From positions 9,501-73,500 of the forward strand of contig JBAZJY010000002.1 of the NCBI GenBank assembly GCA_041651115.1: 64,000 nt of DNA. Direction: 5' to 3'. The notes under the pieces were generated by a model. The model did no database searches. It was given only the letters and a program-made list of their open reading frames with translations, and was not told the DNA's origin. Origin of the DNA: Candidatus Omnitrophota bacterium (GTDB lineage: Bacteria > Omnitrophota > Gorgyraeia > Gygaellales > Profunditerraquicolaceae). The translations under genes and the position numbers were made by a program. Shown here piece by piece: positions 54,565 through 64,000 of this stretch; within the stretch, counting starts at the first letter, position 1, and each line of letters begins with the position of its first letter.

Positions 54565-55656
54565 ATGAAGTTTAAAGTACAAAAAGACGTTCTGCTGAAC
54601 GGTATTCAAACCGTGCAAAATGTCGTGACTCCTAAAGCTGCTTTACCTATATTAGCGAATATTTTGATCGAGGGCCAGGGTAACGATATTCGGCTGACTG
54701 CTACGGATTTAGACGTTGGGATAAGCTGTGTAATACCTGTGAATACCCAGGAGGCCGGCGCGATAACCTTACCTGCTAAACGTTTTGGGGATATTATTAA
54801 GGAGTTACCGGAAAGCGACGTTACTTTAGGGGTGAAAAAAAATAATCTGGTGGTGATTGAAACCGATACCTGCCAGTTTAAGATGATGGGGCTGCCGAAA
54901 GAGGAATTTCCCAAACTGCCGGAATTTAAAGATAAAGAAGCGATAAAGATCGGGCAGCCGGTTTTACAGGAAATGCTAAAGCTCACTTCTTTCGCGGTTT
55001 CTTTTGATGAAACGCGCTATATTTTAAACGGCATTCTTTTTCATATCGGCAAAGGCAGCCTTACCCTTGTAGCTACCGACGGTAAAAGACTGGCAGTTGT
55101 GGAAAGGAAGCTTGAGCAGGGCGACGAAAAAGAGATCTCGATCATTGTGCCGGTCAAAGCAATCCATGAGTTAAACCGTAACTTAAAACCCGAAGGCGAG
55201 TTATCGCTTGTGCTGGGGAATAACCAGGCAATGTTTGATTTAGGGACAGTGGTGGTGATCTCCCGGCTGATTGAAGGAGAGTTTCCCGATTACCGGCAGG
55301 TGATCCCGCCGGTTTCTGAAAACAAGATGCGTATCGGCCGCGACCAGTTTTTGCTGGCGGCAAAACGCGCGGCGCTGCTTTCTACTCCGGACTACCAGGC
55401 GGTAAAACTGGAACTTTTTAAAAATAAAATGGTGGTCTCAAAATCAACGCCGGATGTCGGGGAATCCCGGGAAGAAGTCCCCGTGGAATATCAGGGCAAA
55501 GAAATCGCCATCGGCTTTAACCCGGTGTATCTCACGGATGTTTTAAAGAACCTGCAGGATGAACGCGTTGAGCTTGAGGTGACAGACAGCGAGAAGCCGG
55601 GCGTGATCAGGATCAACGGTTATATTTACATTGTCCTGCCGATGCGGCTAGGGTAG
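54565..55656 (+). CDS. dnaN: DNA polymerase III beta sliding clamp
   Basis: Three-domain clamp. Position after dnaA. Confidence 0.9.
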   Translation: MKFKVQKDVLLNGIQTVQNVVTPKAALPILANILIEGQGNDIRLTATDLDVGISCVIPVNTQEAGAITLPAKRFGDIIKELPESDVTLGVKKNNLVVIETDTCQFKMMGLPKEEFPKLPEFKDKEAIKIGQPVLQEMLKLTSFAVSFDETRYILNGILFHIGKGSLTLVATDGKRLAVVERKLEQGDEKEISIIVPVKAIHELNRNLKPEGELSLVLGNNQAMFDLGTVVVISRLIEGEFPDYRQVIPPVSENKMRIGRDQFLLAAKRAALLSTPDYQAVKLELFKNKMVVSKSTPDVGESREEVPVEYQGKEIAIGFNPVYLTDVLKNLQDERVELEVTDSEKPGVIRINGYIYIVLPMRLG

Positions 55657-55657
55657 T

Positions 55658-58388
<2,731 letters not shown>

Positions 58389-58395
58389 GGATAGT

Positions 58396-58481
58396 CCCGC
58401 AGCAACTTGTAAATTGGCTGCGGGGTAAATTCGGCCCAGCAACTTATGGAACAAAGTGAACATAAGTTGCGGCCTCATTTA
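58396..58481 (+). repeat. Two-hairpin intergenic repeat element, copy B (its 3' end supplies the A of the gyrA start codon)
   Basis: CCCGCAGC..GCTGCGGGG-TAAATTCGGCCCAGCAACTTATG-loop-CATAAGTTGCGGCCTCATTTA, then TG. Confidence 0.6.
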
Positions 58482-60916
58482 TGTACACGCGAAACGAAAA
58501 ATTAGTCCCGGTTTATATTGAAGAAGAAGTAAAGGATTCTTATTTGAATTACGCGATGAGCGTAATCGTCGGCAGGGCCTTGCCCGACGTGCGCGACGGG
58601 TTAAAGCCTGTGCACCGCAGAATACTTTACGCGATGCAGGAATTAAGCCTTGATCACACTAAGCCCTATAAAAAATGCGCGCGTATCGTCGGTGAGGTTT
58701 TGGGTAAATACCATCCGCACGGCGACGTCGCGGTCTACGACTCGCTGGTAAGAATGGCGCAGGATTTTTCCCTGCGCTATCCGTTAGTTGACGGCCAGGG
58801 CAACTTTGGTTCTGTTGACGGCGATTCTGCCGCGGCAATGCGCTACACCGAAGCGCGCCTGGCTGCGATCGCCGATGAAATGCTGCGGGACATTGATAAG
58901 GAAACGGTTAAGTTCGGCCCCAACTTTGACGCTTCTTTAAAAGAGCCGCTGCTTTTACCTTCTGCGCTGCCCAATCTTTTAGTTAACGGTTCAAACGGCA
59001 TTGCCGTCGGCATGGCCACAAACATTCCTCCGCATAACCTCAATGAAGTGGCCGACGCGATAATTTATTTGCTGGATAATCCCGAGGCAGAGGTTAAAGA
59101 CCTGATGCGCTATGTCAAGGGGCCGGATTTTCCCACCGGCGGTATCATCTGCGGCAAGACCGGCATCAAGGAAGCATACACCAGCGGCAGGGGCAAAGTT
59201 ACAGTGCGCGCCCGGGCAACTATCGAGCATCAAAAAGGCGGCAAAGACCTGATCGTGGTCACCGAGATTCCCTACCAGGTACAAAAAACTTCCATCATTG
59301 AAAGCATTGCCGCTTTGGTGGAAGATAAAAAGATCGAAGGGATCTCCGATATACGCGACGAATCGGATAAAGACGGGATGCGCATTGTTTTTGAACTGAA
59401 GCGCGATGCTGAGGCGCAGATCGTCCTGAACCAGCTTTTTAAGCATACGCAACTTGAAGGCACATTCGGGATCATTATGCTGGCGCTGGTAGATAACCGG
59501 CCGCGCGTTTTGAACCTGCGCCAGGTTCTGGAATGTTATGTTGACCATCGCAAGATCATTATCCGCCGCCGCACGCAGTTTGAATTAGATAAGGCGTTAA
59601 AGCGAGCGCATATCCTGGAAGGCTTAAAAATCGCCCTGAAATTCATTGACCGGATCATTAAGGTGATCAAGACTTCCAAGAGCGTCCAGGCTGCAAAAGA
59701 AAACCTGATGAAAGAGTTTGATCTTTCCGACGTGCAGTCGCAGGCGATATTGGAAATGCAGCTGCAGCGCTTGACCGCGCTTGAGCGCGACAAGATCGAC
59801 GCGGAATATGCCGAGCTCCTGAAAAAGATCGAGCTCTGCCGGGCAATATTGGCGTCGGAAAAGAAGATTGAAGGGATCATCAAGGACGAGCTGGAAGAGC
59901 TGAAGAAAAAATACGGCGATGAGCGCCGCACAGAGATCGTCGGAGAAGTGGAAGAACTGGACGTGGAAGACCTGATCGCCGAAGAAGACGTGGTAGTTAC
60001 TATCAGCCACGGCGGCTATATCAAGCGGCTTCCGGTAAGCGCATACCGCAAACAGAAACGCGGGGGCAAAGGAGTTACCGGCGCCGAACTTAAAGAAGAA
60101 GATTTCAGCGAGCATCTGTTTGTCGCCTCGACAAAAGACTATTTGCTTGTCTTTACGGATAAAGGAAAGGTGTATTGGTTAAAAGTCTATGAGATCCCGC
60201 AAGCCAGCCGGATTTCCAAAGGCAAGGCAGTGATTAATCTTTTGCAGTTGGCATCCGGCGAGAAAGTAAGCGCGACCATCCCGGTAAAAGAGTTTTCCGG
60301 GGAGAATTTCCTGGTCATGGCAACCAAGACGGGCCTGATCAAAAAGACGCGGCTGGATGAATACAGCAACCCGCGTAAGGGCGGGATCATCGGTATTACC
60401 ATAGAAAAGGACGATGAGCTGATCGGAGTCAGCCTTACCAACGGCAAGCAGGAGCTTTTGTTGGCAACGCGCATGGGAAAAGCGATCAGATTTTCCGAAG
60501 CCCAGGTGCGCGATATGGGCAGAGCAGCCAAAGGAGTGAAAGGAATTTCTTTAGGCAAGGGCGATCAGGTGATTGCCATGGAAACCCCGGAAAAAGATAA
60601 TACCGTGCTGACCGTAACCGAACTGGGCTTTGCCAAGCGGTCGCCGGTCGGAGAATACCGTATCCAGAGCCGCGGCGGTAAAGGTATTATTAATATAAAG
60701 GTTACCAAAAAGAACGGCCCGGCAGTCAGCCTGAAGACAGTGTCAGATAAGGATGAGCTGATGGTGATTACGCAGAACGGCATGTTCTTGCGCTGCCCGA
60801 TCAAGGATATCCGCGCTACCGGCAGGTCTTCGCAGGGCGTGCGGTTGATAAAGTTAAACGAAAAAGACAAAGACGTTGTTTCTACCGTTGCTCAGGTAGT
60901 CGCGGAAGAAGAATAG
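58481..60916 (+). CDS. gyrA: DNA gyrase subunit A
   Basis: GyrA-box region, active-site Tyr region [10 protein letters not shown], and C-terminal beta-pinwheel repeats. Confidence 0.9.
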   Translation: MYTRNEKLVPVYIEEEVKDSYLNYAMSVIVGRALPDVRDGLKPVHRRILYAMQELSLDHTKPYKKCARIVGEVLGKYHPHGDVAVYDSLVRMAQDFSLRYPLVDGQGNFGSVDGDSAAAMRYTEARLAAIADEMLRDIDKETVKFGPNFDASLKEPLLLPSALPNLLVNGSNGIAVGMATNIPPHNLNEVADAIIYLLDNPEAEVKDLMRYVKGPDFPTGGIICGKTGIKEAYTSGRGKVTVRARATIEHQKGGKDLIVVTEIPYQVQKTSIIESIAALVEDKKIEGISDIRDESDKDGMRIVFELKRDAEAQIVLNQLFKHTQLEGTFGIIMLALVDNRPRVLNLRQVLECYVDHRKIIIRRRTQFELDKALKRAHILEGLKIALKFIDRIIKVIKTSKSVQAAKENLMKEFDLSDVQSQAILEMQLQRLTALERDKIDAEYAELLKKIELCRAILASEKKIEGIIKDELEELKKKYGDERRTEIVGEVEELDVEDLIAEEDVVVTISHGGYIKRLPVSAYRKQKRGGKGVTGAELKEEDFSEHLFVASTKDYLLVFTDKGKVYWLKVYEIPQASRISKGKAVINLLQLASGEKVSATIPVKEFSGENFLVMATKTGLIKKTRLDEYSNPRKGGIIGITIEKDDELIGVSLTNGKQELLLATRMGKAIRFSEAQVRDMGRAAKGVKGISLGKGDQVIAMETPEKDNTVLTVTELGFAKRSPVGEYRIQSRGGKGIINIKVTKKNGPAVSLKTVSDKDELMVITQNGMFLRCPIKDIRATGRSSQGVRLIKLNEKDKDVVSTVAQVVAEEE

Positions 60917-60921
60917 ATTGA

Positions 60922-60996
60922 GTCCCCATCGTCTAGCCTGGTCTAGGACAAGAGCTTTTCAAGCTCTCGACCGGGGTTCAAATCCCCGTGGGGACA
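60922..60996 (+). tRNA. tRNA-Glu (anticodon TTC)
   Basis: Hand-folded cloverleaf: GTCCCCA..TGGGGAC acceptor stem, anticodon loop TTTTCAA, T-arm CGGGG-TTCAAAT-CCCCG. Confidence 0.8.
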
Positions 60997-61015
60997 CTGA
61001 AATAAAGGTGCCCAG

Positions 61016-62857
61016 GTGTGTGGAATAGTCGGCTATATAGGAAGCAGGGAGGCACAGCCGGTATTATTAAGCGGCCTTAAGCGCCTTGAGTACCGCGGTT
61101 ACGATTCAAGCGGCATCGCCGTAATCCTGCCTCAAAAAAACGCAATCTCCATCCGTAAGTCTCCCGGAAAAATCATCGCGCTGGAAAAAATCCTAAAGAA
61201 CAAACCCCTTTCGGGGTCTATCGGTATTGCCCATACCCGCTGGGCAACGCACGGCGAGCCTAACCAAGCCAATGCCCACCCGCATTTTGACTGCAAGGAA
61301 GAAATTGCCCTTGTCCATAACGGCATCATTGAAAATTATGCCAAGCTTAAAAACGATCTCATAAAAGAGGGCCATAAATTCATCAGCCAGACAGATACTG
61401 AAGTGATCGTGCATTTGATTGAAAAATTTTACCGTGATTCTACGCCGCTGGAAGCAGCGGTAAGGAAAACCCTGGAAATGCTTGAAGGAAGCTTTGCCGT
61501 TGCGGTGATTGCCAAAAAAGAACCGGATAAACTGGTCGGCGCCAGACTCGGCAGCCCGCTTGTTATCGGCATTGGCAAGGGAGAAAATTACCTCGCTTCG
61601 GATGTGCCGGCGCTTCTTGATTCTGCGCAGGATGTAGTATATCTGGGCGATAACGAAATAGCGGTCTTGACTAAAGACGAAGTAAAGGTGAGCAAGCTCG
61701 ATGGTGAGCCGGTCAAGGTTTCGCCCAGCAGGATCGTCTGGGACATTTCCCAGGCGCAAAAAACCGGCTGGCCGCATTTCATGATTAAAGAGATCAACGA
61801 GCAGCCGGAAATTTTAGAGGGGATTTTAAGTCAGAGGATCGATAAAGATACGTCGGATATTTCGTTTGAGCACTTGGGCATTCCACCCGGAGAACTTGCG
61901 GCAACCAGCAAGATCAATATCGTTGCCTGCGGCACTGCCTATCATGCGGGCATGTGCGGAAAATATATTATTGAAGAATTATGCAGGATCCCGGTGATTG
62001 TAGATGTTTCCAGTGAGTTCCGTTACCGCGACCCATTGACCGGGCCGGATACTTTAACTATCGCCGTCAGCCAGTCAGGCGAAACTGCCGACACCCTGGC
62101 GGCGGTAAGAGAGGCAAGGAAAAAAGGCTCTAAAGTCCTTGCGGTATGCAATGTCCTTGGCTCGAGCCTGGTGCGGGAATCAGACGGAGTGATCTATACG
62201 CATGCCGGGCCGGAGATCGGCGTTGCCTCGACCAAAGCATATACTGCGCAGGTAAGCGTAATGTATCTTTTAGGGCTTTATCTTGCCAAGGTCAGGCAGT
62301 CGGTCAGCCGCGAAAAGATAGAGAAGTACATTGAGGTTTTTAAGTCCTGCCCGGCCTTACAGCGGGAGGTCTTAAAACATCAGGAGAGTATTAAGGCAAT
62401 AGCGCACGCGCATTCACACTTCGGTTCTTTCCTGTTCCTGGGCAGAAGCATTAATTATCCTTCTGCGCTTGAGGGCGCGCTAAAACTAAAAGAGATTTCT
62501 TATATACCTGCCGAAGGTTATGCCGCCGGCGAAATGAAACATGGGCCGATCGCGCTGATTGATGAATATCGCGCAGTCGTCTGCATTGCGCCCCAGTCAA
62601 GGGTTTATGAAAAAATGGTTTCTAATATCCAGGAGATCCGCAGCCGCCACGGCAAACTGATCGCCATTGCTACCGAAGGCGATGACAAGATCAAGGATCT
62701 TACCCGCGAAGTGATCTACATACCAAAAATAGATGAGTTGTTCTCTCCGATCATTGTCGCGCTTCCCTTACAGCTTCTGGCTTATCATATCGCAGTGCGG
62801 CGCGGCTGCGACGTTGACCAGCCGAGGAATTTAGCAAAGTCCGTAACAGTAGAATAA
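61016..62857 (+). CDS. glmS: Glutamine--fructose-6-phosphate aminotransferase
   Basis: N-terminal (M)CGIVGYIG, with Cys2 nucleophile and a GTG start. Two SIS domains. Confidence 0.9.
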   Translation: MCGIVGYIGSREAQPVLLSGLKRLEYRGYDSSGIAVILPQKNAISIRKSPGKIIALEKILKNKPLSGSIGIAHTRWATHGEPNQANAHPHFDCKEEIALVHNGIIENYAKLKNDLIKEGHKFISQTDTEVIVHLIEKFYRDSTPLEAAVRKTLEMLEGSFAVAVIAKKEPDKLVGARLGSPLVIGIGKGENYLASDVPALLDSAQDVVYLGDNEIAVLTKDEVKVSKLDGEPVKVSPSRIVWDISQAQKTGWPHFMIKEINEQPEILEGILSQRIDKDTSDISFEHLGIPPGELAATSKINIVACGTAYHAGMCGKYIIEELCRIPVIVDVSSEFRYRDPLTGPDTLTIAVSQSGETADTLAAVREARKKGSKVLAVCNVLGSSLVRESDGVIYTHAGPEIGVASTKAYTAQVSVMYLLGLYLAKVRQSVSREKIEKYIEVFKSCPALQREVLKHQESIKAIAHAHSHFGSFLFLGRSINYPSALEGALKLKEISYIPAEGYAAGEMKHGPIALIDEYRAVVCIAPQSRVYEKMVSNIQEIRSRHGKLIAIATEGDDKIKDLTREVIYIPKIDELFSPIIVALPLQLLAYHIAVRRGCDVDQPRNLAKSVTVE

Positions 62858-63510
62858 TGCTTTATATCGTCGCCACTCCCATCGGTAACCTCAAAGACAT
62901 TACCCTGCGCGCAATTGAGGTCTTGAAATCCGTTGATTTGATCGCCTGCGAAGATACGCGGCACACCAGGATCCTGCTGGATCATTACGGCATTAAGACT
63001 CCCACCACAAGTTTTTTTCAGCATAACCGGTTTGTCAAAGCAGATCATCTGGTTGGCTTGCTTAAAGGAGGCAAGAATGTTGCATTGGTATCTGATGCCG
63101 GCATGCCGGGAATACTTGATCCCGGCTATAACCTGATCAACCTGGCGTTAGAGAACAATCTTGAAATTACCGTAATTCCCGGGGCAGTTGCTTTCATCAA
63201 TGCCCTGGTTGCTTCAGGCAAACCCGCGCATAGATTTATCTTTGAGGGGTTTTTGCCTAACCGCCCGATCAGCCGGCGCAACCGCCTAAAAGAGCTTGCG
63301 CGGGGTAAATACACGCTTATTTTTTATGAATCCTGCCACCGTATTTTGGCCAGCATGGAAGACATCAGATCCGTTTTTGGGGATAAGGACATTGTAGTTG
63401 CCAGGGAGTTGACCAAAAAATTCGAAGAGATAAAACGCGGCAAACCCGCTGATCTGATTAACTACTTCAAAAAAAGCAAGCCCCGCGGCGAATTCGTCGT
63501 AATTATCTAA
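62857..63510 (+). CDS. rsmI: 16S rRNA (cytidine1402-2'-O)-methyltransferase
   Basis: MLYIVATPIGNLKDITLRAIEVLK, a tetrapyrrole-methylase-like fold signature. Confidence 0.8.
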   Translation: MLYIVATPIGNLKDITLRAIEVLKSVDLIACEDTRHTRILLDHYGIKTPTTSFFQHNRFVKADHLVGLLKGGKNVALVSDAGMPGILDPGYNLINLALENNLEITVIPGAVAFINALVASGKPAHRFIFEGFLPNRPISRRNRLKELARGKYTLIFYESCHRILASMEDIRSVFGDKDIVVARELTKKFEEIKRGKPADLINYFKKSKPRGEFVVII

Positions 63511-63616
63511 CTAACCACCCGAGAAACCGCTTTCCTAAATCCCCGTTATAGGGTTGATTCATACCTATATATATTGCATACTTTTAATAAGCTGATAAAC
63601 CTGATCTATAACTAAA

Positions 63617-64000
63617 ATGCCGAAAAAAATCAAAAAGATCATTTCTATTATTCTGTGTTTCTGTTTTCTATTTAACCAGGCCGGCTTTGCCCAGGCAGCC
63701 GGCTTTGAGTTAAATTTATCCGGATTCTTTTCCGGCCTTTCTCTCCAGCCCGCGCAGGATAAATTCCGGCCGCTGCATTTACGCTACCTCTCTTACGACA
63801 ATAATGCCGATACTTTTAAATTGCTTCTGGATAAAGGCAGTAGACAGGGGCTGTCCCCGCAGGGGACTGTCCCCGAAGAAGAGCTTAAAATAGAAACCAA
63901 AAAACTGTTTGATTATTTTCTTATCGGCCTGGCCCTGCCTAATGAATCTTTCTGGGTAAACCTGCGGCCTGATTCTACGCAGGGCATTATTGACCGCGAG
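63617..64000 (+). CDS. Secreted hypothetical protein, N-terminal part (continues beyond window end)
   Basis: ATG at 63617 followed by a signal peptide IISIILCFCFLFNQAGFAQA. No stop before the window end. Confidence 0.3.
   Translation, partial: MPKKIKKIISIILCFCFLFNQAGFAQAAGFELNLSGFFSGLSLQPAQDKFRPLHLRYLSYDNNADTFKLLLDKGSRQGLSPQGTVPEEELKIETKKLFDYFLIGLALPNESFWVNLRPDSTQGIIDRE

Overview
The window has two parts. (1) Positions 1 to ~20640 are the right-hand portion of a lambda-like tailed prophage. Its structural genes all lie on the minus strand in lambda gene order. From high to low coordinate these are: terminase small subunit, terminase large subunit (GpA-type), Ogr/Delta-like zinc finger, gpW-like, portal, S78-type prohead protease/scaffold, decoration protein, HK97-fold major capsid protein, FII/Z/U-like connector proteins, major tail protein, G and G-T chaperones with a -1 frameshift site, tape measure, M/L/K-like tail proteins, and a J-like tip protein that runs off the left edge. 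A ParB-nuclease/DNA-methyltransferase fusion, a phage sigma-70/ECF-type sigma factor, a lysine-rich Rho_N protein and several small regulators are also present. The prophage ends with a large serine recombinase (plus strand, 18885-20633) whose 3' end runs antisense through an intact tRNA-Gln(CTG) at 20541-20615. (2) Positions ~20700 to 64000 are conserved chromosomal core. Everything from 20700 to 52737 is on the minus strand: PilZ protein, gltX, a 2-oxoacid:ferredoxin oxidoreductase operon, dxs, xseAB, ymdB-rny, pheST, trkAH, rplT-rpmI-infC-thrS, a tRNA-Val/Leu/Cys cluster, rpoZ, gmk, ndk, parAB, jag-yidC-yidD-rpmH. A strand switch occurs at an oriC-like region (52738-53083; DnaA boxes and a sigma-70 promoter), followed on the plus strand by dnaA, dnaN, a DUF721/DciA-like gene, gyrB, gyrA, tRNA-Glu, glmS and rsmI. 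There is no CRISPR array and no rRNA gene. The most unusual features outside the prophage are: a roughly 90-105 bp two-hairpin intergenic repeat family in three clear copies (one degenerate fourth candidate near tRNA-Gln) with compensatory stem changes; near-identical 28-bp heptanucleotide tandem repeats embedded in frame in korA and pheT; a tRNA-Val 5' fragment duplicated with a 52-nt insertion; and rpmH abutting yidD with no rnpA in between. All calls come from reading the sequence and the ORF translations by eye. No database search was possible, so the family names are motif-based inferences.
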